Positions 47,601-59,600 of a stretch of DNA of 64,000 nucleotides are shown one piece after another. The DNA is from Perna viridis (lineage: Eukaryota). The notes under the pieces are model-generated. The model had not been told where the DNA came from. It did not search any database and worked only from the letters and a program-made list of their open reading frames with translations. Each line of letters starts with the position of its first letter. The stretch's first letter is position 1. The DNA is taken from positions 55,000,862-55,064,861 of the forward strand of contig CM074511.1 of the NCBI GenBank assembly GCA_037379345.1. The letters are read 5' to 3'. Both the position numbers and the translations under genes were made by a program.

Positions 47601-50600
47601 TTGCACGAACTTTTGGGACTAAAATTGTGAGAGAATGAATCGAAAAGGGTCTTATTATTTTTACCTTTTTTCCACCTACTCCATGCATGCTTTCATCCTG
47701 TGGTAGTATCTAAGTGCCTGATATTTTAGTAAAAATAGTATTTGGCTGCCTCAAAACAGCTTTATTTCAACAAAATGAGACCAAATTTTCAGAAATGTCC
47801 TAACTGTATTGTATTACCTAAAGGCATTTGAATTAAAAAGAACATAACTTCATTCATCTAACTGTTTATATGTAATTTGCAGTTTCAATCAATCTCCTCC
47901 TGACAACAACACATGAGAATAAACAGATAAGAGAAATGGCAGTGCAGTGTCTACAGATTGTAGAACAGAAAAAGGCAGATTCTCCTTTTGTACCTGTTCT
48001 TAAGAAAGTCCATAGATGTTTACCAGAGATTGTGGCAGATCCTGAATTTATTGCATCTGTTAGTACTTATGTCTTTTTATCCTCTCATATTGTTCCACTG
48101 CCAGCTTTCTGTCTGTCTGTCCACCAAAATTCCCTTGTAAGCACTTTTAAGGATTTTAGTGAGGATAATTCAAAGTTAGTATGAAGGAAATTTTCTTGGA
48201 CTTTAATAATTTCAAAAGTCCAGGACACAAAGGAACTTTTGATTTTCAGGGCCACACTCATACATAATTAAGGATGCCATGCTTTGTGCTGTCATTATGA
48301 CTTTTTTTTTCTTGTATAGAAAAAAAAAGGCTATCAAGAACAAAGAAAACAATTTTTTGATTAACTTTACCAATTTGTGTAAATTTTCACTTTGTATTAT
48401 TCAGTAAAACTAAGAAGACCATGATTGAAATGGGGAACTGGATATCTTTTATCTGGGAAAAAAAGCTAGACACAATAAAACAGACAAAACACAATTAATA
48501 ACACAGATTTACAAAACAAATAAATGACATCAACATTAAGATCGACATTAAGATCAACATTTTTCTTCTACATTGTTAATTATTTTATTGACATTGGTGT
48601 AAATTGTAGGTGATGAAAGCTGTTTTCAAGTCTCTGGAGGAGGATGTAGAAAAGTCTCCTAAAAAGAAAAAAAGGAGATCATCAAAGATAGCATCCAAAG
48701 ATGAAGCTCTGACTCTCATCCTGGATGTCATTACTGACAAGTCTACACCTTATTATATACAGAAGTCTGTTCTAGAGATGATCAGGCATTGTGACAATAA
48801 AGTATGCATTTTGCTCATTATTCTATATTAATGCATAATACTTAAAATGATGTATGGGTAGTTAGATTTTATCTTGTTTATTTTTTAATTTTGTTTATAG
48901 TTGGTTTATTATGTTTGGTAAACTGATTGAATGAATGATATCTAAAATATTTGATAAAGTATATTATGATGATTGAGACCTCTATACACCTAAATACTCC
49001 TGCACTCATTCTTGAAAATTTGATTTCTTTCATCTGGTTTTGTCTATTTACTAATCAATATCACATTCTGTGACAAAAATGGTGCTATTTAAATCTGTCT
49101 GAAAATCCCATATCACTATTTTTTTTAACTTTCTTCTAGAAAATCCTGGCAACTTTATTACCCAAGTTGTACCATGATTTAAAGTGTTTAGATCATAAGC
49201 CAGTTGTATTTGAATGCTGTCAGCTGATTCTACAGAGGTTTGATGCTGAATCGGTTGAAATCATTGATGCAGAAGGCTTATCAGTTTTGTTGGAGGCACT
49301 AAATGCTGGAGATAGTACAAATGGACAGACAGAAACTATACAGACCTTCTCAGTCAACTTGGTAAGAGCTTCAATAATCATTCTTTGAGCATGTATGGCA
49401 TGACTTATTCAATAATTTTATTCATTAACAGGTAGTATTTTTTTCAAATTTTAATGTTTCCAAAAAGTGAAGGATAGATACTTTGTTCTAAGTATATATA
49501 TTGTAACAGAGGTATCTACATTTTGATGGAACTAGCAAATTTTTTCATTCTCAGTATGGTCATTGAACTAATTTTCCAGACTTTTCATCCTATTTTAGAT
49601 AACCGAAGAATTGTTTATGGCATTACAAGGAGACTCCCAAAAGAAGATATTATCTACTCTGTACTCACTGTGGACTGAGTGTAAAAATCCTGGAGTACCA
49701 GCACTAATCAGGAAAGCTGTCAGACATGTATGTGTATAATATACTTTTTTATGCAATAGGGTTTTTTATTTATTTTCAGAACTGACAAAAACATGTGAAA
49801 ATGATCATGTTATTAAAAATCATTTTCATACAGTAAAATGTCATTTCAAAACCACGAAATTGATACTGTAGATTCTGTTCATTTTATTTAATGTGCACCC
49901 AATTTATAAGAGGTGTGAGCTTTGTCTAAATATAAATTCTCTTAATATTAATTTACTGCTTTGAAATTTTATGGTTTTTATACACTTGTCTATTAAGACA
50001 GGACATGTGTTATGGTATACCAGTGTCCTTCAGTCAGTCTGTCCATTGTTCACACTTCACACAATAATTCCAGAAAGCTGCCATTAGTTTTGTGAAACTT
50101 TATTGAATTGTATATTTAGATTGATTGTTTTTGAGTTATGGGACTTTATTCCATAAAAAATGAAGGGATCTTCTGTTTTCTATTCAAAAAGCAGTGCAGC
50201 AATTTTAATGAAACTTTGGTGAATTGTATTTTTTTTTGTTTGTGTGGTTTTTTTTTGTATCATTATTATTATTGATGAAATCTTCCTAACAATTTTTGAA
50301 CATTTGTGAATTTTCTATTTGGTGTTAAGGGACTTTATAAAAAAGGGGGATTTCACAGTTTTCAGACTATTACTCAATAGTGATTGCACCTATTTTCATG
50401 AATCATGTGTGAATTTTTTCTTTTAATTGATGACAGCTCCCTTTCAATCTTTTTTTTTTTTTATATAAATTTCTGATCTTTAATTTTTAAGTTAGGGATT
50501 TAATTCATAAAAAGAGGGAGATTTTCCCATATTTGCAAAATAACCTGAAAATACTTCAGGCAATTTTCTTGAATCTTTTGGAAAGGTTTATTCATTAGCG

Positions 50601-53600
50601 TGAGCTCCCTTTTGATTTTTATATATTAGAATTTTACATTTTTGAGTTATAGGACTTAATTCATACAAATATAGGGCAAATCCCTGTTTTAGGACTTTAA
50701 CTCAAACATACCTCCACCAAATGCCATGACATTATTAATTGTTTATTTCTTTTGATCTAGCCTTTTGATTTTTTTTTTATCATATCCTACAGATACAGAA
50801 ACAAAATTCTGGGATCTATAAAAAGCACTTTGTCTGTCTGTCTGTTCATGTTATCTTAAAAGTCTCATCTGTAGTATTTTAGTAATATGATCGCCTCCAT
50901 TCCATTCTGGGTAAAATAATGTCCTGTGTTAATAATTTAATCACAAACAAAATTCAGAGCTTTATAAGGCTTGAATTTTGTGTCCATAATTGCTTCATCT
51001 ACCCATTTTTCGACCTCTGCGGGCATATCAATCTGTGCTCCATGAAGCATTTTATTCCTATCGCTGACCTTTCTTTTGTTTTAGCTGCCACTGGATGCCA
51101 CACATGTAGCTACAGAGCTAGAACAATGCTTAAATGTATCCAGTGCTGCCACACTGAGAGAGGCTAAGAGGAAAAGGAGGTAAGATATAAGGGTCCAAAA
51201 ACATCTGAATTTCAGACATAAGAAAATGTGGATCTACCTTTGTTACTTACATACCGTATTAGTTGTATTGCTGCAAAACCTCCGATGTCCTCAGCCCAAG
51301 GCATCTTTTATCGTGTGTTTCAACCTTTTGCTTGGCACTCTTAGGATTGGGGGTCCACACTGCTTTTCTCCTACATCACCCATTCACTATTAGTGCAGGA
51401 AACAGTTGCCATAACGACTATGGAGGAAATCCTCTACATCCAGTCTCCACTTGGAAGTTCTATGTGTACCAATCTTTGTCTTCTTTTTTTCATTTGCCTC
51501 ACTGCATCTATCTTTCCATGTAACAATCAACACATTGACTGATAATCTTGGTCGTCGTGGACCAAAGAACCGTGTTTGGCCTCATATTGGGTGGTAATAT
51601 TTCAGGGAAGTACAACTTCTAGCTGCTGGCTGTTTTTTTACATCCTTAGTTTATCAGCCACTTCTGCCAACTCCCTGAGTACCTGGTTGTGTCTTTATTT
51701 GGATTGACTTTTTCATTGTCTTTGTTCTAATAATAAATAAATATATTTGTATATCTTTGGTTGATTGATGCTTTCATGAGTAAGATACACTGAGGTATTA
51801 AGGCAGTGGCAAAATGTGAGAGGGGATAGCTTCTACATGTAATGTAGGACATGATTTCTGTTGAGATTTTTTTAAGTGAGTTATTTCATTCCTTTTGTCT
51901 ACATCAAGCTAAGGTTTTAGACTTTCCATCTTACTTTTGTTGTTGGGGCCTTTCAGAGCTTACTTAAAGGTGTTAACACTTATTGAAGACCTTGTGGTGA
52001 TCTCTCTAAGTATTTACTATGTTTATAGGAGTTATACAATAGGTGCATTTGTTGTATTTCACCATATCTGTTCCTTTTTTATTATTATTATTAATCTTTC
52101 TAATATCTTTTGCAGTAAGCCTTCTGAACCAGTGAATAATGCTGAGGATGAATTTGAAAGTATGTCATGGCAGAAGGTGACTGTCATTCTAGAATCTGTT
52201 CAGGAGAAAAAGAAATTAGAGAATTATCATGTTCTGTTACCTGTCACCTTCAACCTCATGTCCAGGTAAGTAGTAAAATGACTATAAATGTAATATTTAC
52301 TAGGTAGAAATTGTTGGTATTTGGGTCATCAAATTCTCCTGCTATTTTCTGACTCTGTAACTTAAATCTGTACTTTCTTACTTCTTCGGGTCTCCCTGTG
52401 TGATCTGGGTGTCAAAAGAATAGGCCCGCAGCAGCACTAAGCTTATCGTAATAGGCGACTAAATAGTGCTCAAAACCCTGGCGGGGGGCTAGGTTGCTTT
52501 GCCCACAGAGCAACTGGGTTGTGTGCCCCAGGTGGTGGAATGGGACAACCATGACATGTTACAGGCCATAATACGGAAATCTTGACAACAAACCATAGTG
52601 GTGCAACGTGTTGGGAAAAAAGCTGTGTTCCTCGCATGTTAAAGAACTCTTCTGTGGTATTCTACCTGAGTAGGAACCATTGGGCTCCTGCACAGACGGC
52701 TAAATTGCCCTATCCTACCCACCTTTCCCAATGTCCAGTGGCAATCAAAATTTGTCGCCCACATTATCCTTATGTCCCATCCCATTTTTCATTTCATCAT
52801 CATTTCATGTTCATTTTATCATCTATTTCATGTTCATTACCTGGATATAGCTGAAATATTGCTGCTTGGGCGTTAAACCCCAACAAACAATCAAAAATCC
52901 ACTTCTTTGGGTCACTATAGATGTATTCACACTTCTTGATAACATTATGGAAAATAATTCATTATATATGTATATTCTCTGTGGGAAATCAATTTGGTAA
53001 AACACACAGCATACAATCAATTGGCCAATCATAAAGTTAAAAATTCACCTTGAAAATAGCAATGAATTATGGAGAAAGTCTATATAACAAAAAAGCTAAT
53101 TCATTGGTTATTGTAAATAACCAAATTATAAATACTCATTCCAAGAACACTGGAAGATTTAACTTGTGTGCTGCTTGTTCCATGCACTCAGTTAAATTGG
53201 AATGTTCTTCAGCACTTATGATCACATTTTTCCCATTAATTATTCCATTAATATTTTCCTATTGTTTTCGTTTTGAACTCTACTTTAACAAAAAGGTCAA
53301 TGATGTCGCAATATAAAATTTTGTTGTTTTCTCTGATAACAAAAGGTCATTTGGAGCAATTCAGAATTTCCATGGAATTCAACCTTATGATGTAACTAGT
53401 CAAAAAGTGGTTAACTTATAAAATGGAAAATTGTCACATGACAGTTTTATTTAATCAAATTACAGATATTTATTTGAAAATATAAGATTTTTCTATGTGT
53501 GACATTTACATGTTGTAGAATTCTGGCATCAGATGATCATACATCAGCAGAGTATATCAAACAGTTGATTCTCTCCCTAGTTCGCCACATTTGTAGTAAA

Positions 53601-56600
53601 GTAGACATTGATGAGACTCAGAGTAAGTATGATGTTAAATAAGTTTCTTGTCTGGGCCAATTAATAAAAGATCATCATTTTCCATTGAGTTTTTAATTTG
53701 TGAGATAGATGAGATAGCGATAACAAAACTATGGCGGGTATGTTACCTCTGATTTTCTGTTAAGCTAGAAGTGTCATTATAGAAAGTATACTTGACCATT
53801 GTCAAGATTTGCATACATACATGTATGAAGTTTAAACTTAAAGCCTTAGTGTAAGATTGCATACAAGTTCCTATAAATGAGGAGGATGCATTTTCTACAA
53901 TCTGAATATTTGTTTGTTGTTTAGAATTGATACCAGAACAGACATTTAATATGGAGTTGATTGTACAGTGTGTGAGGAGTTCTGATAACCCACAGACACA
54001 TCATCAGGCTCTACTGGTTCTGACTGTAGCTGCTCAGCTTTATCCAGTAAGTCAATAAAATCCATGTTCTAGTTGTATATTGTGTAGCCATTTACCTAAT
54101 TAAAAAATTTGTTCTGAAATTCTAGGGTACTGAAATAAAAGTAAATTTGATCCCAATGGATTTCGTAATTTTGTCCTAAAAAAGTAAATTTTAATGTTTA
54201 CAAATCTTTGACAATCATAAAATATAGCAATACAATAGTAACTTATAATCAAATACAATATATTATGTTGTACATATGTTACGGGAACGTCCTAGGTGGT
54301 TACGGATTAAAGGGAATTTGCCTTTTCCTTGGTGGTTATGGGTTAGGGGGCTTGCCTTTTCCTTGGTGGTTACAGGTTAGGGGCTTGCCTTTTCCTCGGT
54401 GGATTGTCTGAATATAGCTGAAATATTGCTGCTCGGACGTTAAACCCCAACAAACAAACATTCCTCGGTGGTTACGGGTTAGGGGGCTTGCTTTTTCCTT
54501 GGTGGTAACAGGTTAGGGGACTTGCCTTTTCCTAGGTGGTTACGTGTTAGGGGGCTTGCCTTTTCCTCGGTGGTTACAGGTTAGGGGGCTTGCCTTTTCC
54601 TCGGTGGTTATGGGTTAGGGGGCTTGCTTTTTCGTTGGTGGTTACGGATTAGAGGATTTGCCTTTTCCTAGGTGGTAATGGGTTAGGAGGCTTGCCTTTT
54701 TCTAGGTGGTTACGGGTTAGGGGGCTTGCCTTTTCCTTGGTGGTTACAGGTTAGGGGGCTTGCCTTTTCCTAGGTGGTTACGAGTTAGGGGGCTTGCCTT
54801 TTCCTTGGTGGTTACGGGTTAGGGGGCTTGCCTTTTTCTAGGTGGTTATGGGTTAGGGGGCTTGCCTTTTCCTAGATGGTTACAGGTTAGGGGGCTTGCA
54901 TTTTCCTTGGTGGTTATGGGTTAGGGGACTTGCCTTTTTCTAGGTGGTTACGGGGTAGGGTGCTTGCCTTTTCCTTGGTGGTTATGGGTTAGGGGGCTTG
55001 CCTTTTCCTTGGTGGTTACAGGTTAGGGGGCTTGCCTTTTCCTAGGTGGTTACGAGTTAGGGGGCTTGCCTTTTCCTTGGTGGTTACGGGTTAGGGGGCT
55101 TGCCTTTTTCTAGGTGGTTACGGGTTAGGGGGCTTGCCTTTTCCTTGGTGGTTACAGGTTAGGGGGCTTGCATTTTCCTTGGTGGTTACGGGTTAGGGGA
55201 CTTGCCTTTTTCTAGGTGGTTACGGGGTAGGGTGCTTGCCTTTTCCTTGGTGGTTATGGGTTAGGGGGCTTGCCTTTTCCTCGGTGGTTACGGGTTAGGG
55301 GGATTGCTTTTTCGTTGGTGGTTATGGATTAGGGGATTTGCCTTTTCCTTGGTGGTTACGGGTTAGGGGGCTTGCCTTTTCCTAAGTGGTTACGGGTAAG
55401 GGGCTTTGCCTTTTCCTAGGTGGTTATAAGTTAGGGGGCTTGCCTTTTCCTAGGTGGTTACGAGTTAGGAGGCTTGCCTTTTCCTCGGTGGTTATGGGTT
55501 ATGGGGCTTGCCTTTTCCTCGGTGGTTACGGGTTAGGGGACTTGCCTTTTTCTAGGTGGTTACAGGGTAGGGGGCTTGCCTTTTCCTTGGTGGTTACGGG
55601 TTAGGGGACTTGCCTTTTTCTAGGTGGTTACGGGTTAGGGGGATTGCTTTTTCGTTGGTGGTTATGGATTAGGGGATTTGCCTTTTCCTTGGTGGTTACG
55701 GGTTAGGGGGCTTGCCTTTTCCTAGGTGGTTATGGGTAAGGGGGCTTGCCTTTTCCTTGGTGGTTATGGGTGTGGGGCTTGCCTTTTCCTAGGTGGTTAC
55801 GAGTTAGGGGGCTTGCCTTTTCCTAGGTGGTTACGGATTAGGGGATTTGCCTTTTCCTTGATGGTTACAGAATAGGGGGCTTGTTTTTTCCTCGGTGGTT
55901 ACAGATTAGGGGATTTGCCTTTTCCTTTGTGGTTACGGGTTAGGGGACTTGCCGTTAGTATTGTAGGTTGTGGGTTTAATCTGGCTGAGTTACACCAAAG
56001 ACTTAATAATTGGTAATCATTGCTTCTCCACCAAGAGATAGAGTGACCACTGGTTGTCTTGGAGTCAAAATAATGTGGCTATCTCTACCTGTGGGTTGTT
56101 AATACTGTGAGCTAGCACAATAAAGATCCAGCTCAGTGTGTCAGACTAGCGCAGAGCAGCACTTGTTTAATTTGTTAAACTTTCTTGTTATTAAATGCAT
56201 TAAATATCTTCAACATTATACCACAATCTATCATTCAATAAAAAATACCTTACAGGAGAAGTTATTACACAACATTATGTCAGTATTTACATTCATGGGA
56301 GATACTATACTGAAACAAGATGATGCCTACAGTTTCCACATCATTAGCAGAATATTAGAGACTGTTATTCCAGCTTTAGTCACCGTAAGTTCTTTTACCA
56401 TGTAGAGTAGAGAAATTAATATCCATGCTGATACACATGTAATTTTTATTCTTGAAAATGATCTTAATTTTTGTACTTTTTTTTTGTTCGTGGAGTTTTA
56501 AATTAACATGGCTCATATCACGGACTTTAAGTTGCAACCTATAAATCCCTGTATATATGGTATACATGTTAGACACAGTATAAATGAACTGTTGTAGAAC

Positions 56601-59600
56601 TAAATGACAAAGAAATTGAATTGACATCCTGAAACCCAAATATATGTTGGTTTATAGTAATTTGGCAGTTATTTTTTCATTCTTTAACTCGACCATGAAT
56701 ACAAAAAAAATCGTGAGTTCAATTTCTACACTCACATATCAAATCTTTTTAACTGCAATATAAAAATATATGTTAAAGATGGAAGAAGTAGGAAGTTTTG
56801 TTTAAAACCAATTGTAATTATTGTGGCATTTAGTATTTTATTAACTTTCATGGCTTACATGTATATCAGTGACATATTATTTCAGGCTTGTGGACAGAGA
56901 AAGAGGGTACATAACAGCATGTCTAACAGTCCTGTAGATATGATCACTACGGTGATACGAGTGTTTGTTGATGCCTTCCCACACATACCACATCATCGTC
57001 GTCTGATGTTGTTTACCAAACTGATATCCATTGAAGGTGACCTTTCCTATCTCTGGAGGACATTACTTCTAATGACAGAACAGGTGGTGACTAAAACTGT
57101 TGTTGGTGACAAGGAGGATGAAAATGTTACTGATAATGTAAGATTTTTATGTTTAGTTAGTAAGACATGTTATTTTGTTTCTAACCAATAAACTTGTGCA
57201 AAACTTAAACAATGATAATTTGACTATTCCTTGAGTGGTTTATCTGCCTACTTATATGTAAAAGTTTTTAACACTATTTACCTAATAAAACAGTACCAAA
57301 ATGTCTCATTTTTTTGTTCATTCTATTGTATATTTGTCTTGCTTTGTTTTGGTATAACAAAACATGAAAAGTCATACCTCAGGAAAAAAAGCATAAGTCT
57401 CCAAGACAAATTATCTATTGTAATCATAGCCTTACTTGATGTAGATTTAATGTGCTCTTTATATAAGGTGATTTTGAATTTAATGAAAAACTTTTTGGGT
57501 ATGCTTTTTTTTTTTTAAATGAATTGTTCAAGATGCCATTAATTTTAGAGTATTTTGTCCTTTTCAGACTGATACAGGTCCAGATAAAGAATTTAGACTT
57601 AATCTTTCCAGCCATTTTACCCTGCCAGTACAATTAGCATCTGCTACAAATATTGTGTCCTACATTATGACCCTACCCGATGACAAGGAAGAGGGTCAGT
57701 ACATAATATTTACCCCTTTATTTCTACATTTAAATGTACAATAATATACATTTTCTTCTTATTCTAGCTTATCAGACAAATTTGAGTTAGCAATCATGGT
57801 TACTGTTGATTTTTTTCTGGTAATTTCAATTAATTTAATGCTTTTTTGGGTTGTTTCTTTTTCAGCAGATTAACTGTGGGATTAACTTCTTTCCTAACTC
57901 TATAACCTTGGTTCCCTTGATTACTCTTTCCCTTTTTGAGTACTAACTGGAAGTGGGTGTGGTCATCTTTAAAGTATTAGTGTTACTACTTTATGTTCTG
58001 ATAGAAATCTTTAAGAATTAACCTGTTAGTCTGTAATTACTTCCAGCTCATATTAAGTAGATTTTTTAAAGGCTTGTTCTCTGTCAAGTTCATTCAGTAA
58101 ACTTATATAATGGACTGTCACAAATTATTGTACAAGATAATGATATTAAATGTCAACATTCTCTACAATTTCAGAAACCTCTTTAAGAAAAGTTGCTGTT
58201 CCAAAATCCCTTGGACAATTGAAAAAAGATGAAACAGAAATTTTCAGTATTCAGCATCACACTGCTAAACAGCTAAGACATTTCAAATATGAATCTATGC
58301 AATATCTTATTTCATTGTTTACCAGAACAGAGTTTCTAACACAGGTGAGAATTTATACCCTCATATATTCTAGGCTGTTCTTCTAGGCTGTTCTTTCTCA
58401 TTTTATTATTTATCGTCTGAATATAGCTGAAATATTGCTGCTCAGACGTTAAACCCCAATAAACAAACAAAAAAACCTCATTTTATTTAGCATCCATGAT
58501 AATTGTTAATGATACATGGTGTATTATGAAAATAATGAAATCATGAGAATGTTGTCATGCATAAAAATTAAGTGTAAGTGTTTGTAAGAATCAGGCAATG
58601 AAAAAAATTGGAAGCATGCATGTTAAAACCCAATGGATCTGACAATAAAACATCACTCACGGATACCTTCTCTATTTGCCAGGACCATTATTTAATCTCT
58701 GCGTCACTGGCTTTGCTCAGAAATTTTTCAATAGAATGTTAGAAAAATGAGGTTTTTGACAAAGTTACCTGTCCTTGAAATGTTCATTTACAGTGCATTG
58801 AAATAAAATTGTAACTCAATGGGCCAGCACGATATGGAAAATCTTGTGTGTTTTCCTTGAACCTGATGGTGCAAATAGTCAAATTAAACTATCAAAATGA
58901 TGGGTTTGACATACCATGTTTCACCTACTGCCTGATTCTTACAGATACTGACACTTAATCTCTAGATATCTTCACAAAATATCAATTTTTTACTTTCATT
59001 TTATTCTGTTGTGGAAAAAATGAATCTAAGTGAATTAATGTGCACTATTAAAATTTAAATTTTAGTGCTGTATATTACAGTACTAAACAGATTTCACCAG
59101 ATTGCAGTCTCTTATGCCAAAACATTTTTTATGCCCCCGCTACAAACTGTTGGGGGCATATTAATTTACCCCTGTCCATCCGTTCGTTGGGGCATCCGTC
59201 TGGATTTCACATAATCATGGCTTGTCTGGCTGTTTCCTCGTACAGGTTTTGAACTACATCTAAAATATTTTACAGGATATTTCTACACACGATGAAGGTG
59301 TGCAGGGCCAAAGGATTTTGATTTTCGTGAAATATTGTGGAAATTGGTGATAGTTACACTTTGTCATTTTACTCAGAAATATATGGATCGTGGCTTGTCC
59401 AGCTATTTCCTCATACAGTTTGTGAACTATATCTAAAATATTTTACAGGATATTTCTACACATAATGAAGGTGTGCAGGGTCAATGGATTTTTATTTTCG
59501 TGAAATATTACGGAAATTGGTGAAAGTTAGCCTTACTTATTATTGTCAAAAATAGGACTTGTATGGCTATCTCTTTCTGTAGTTTTTGAACTACATCTAA

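Noticed and set aside
54290-55954. CRISPR array or true telomeric tract
   Set aside because: Units are contiguous with no unique spacers, no cas genes are present and the context is a eukaryotic intron. TTAGGG occurs only once per 34-mer.
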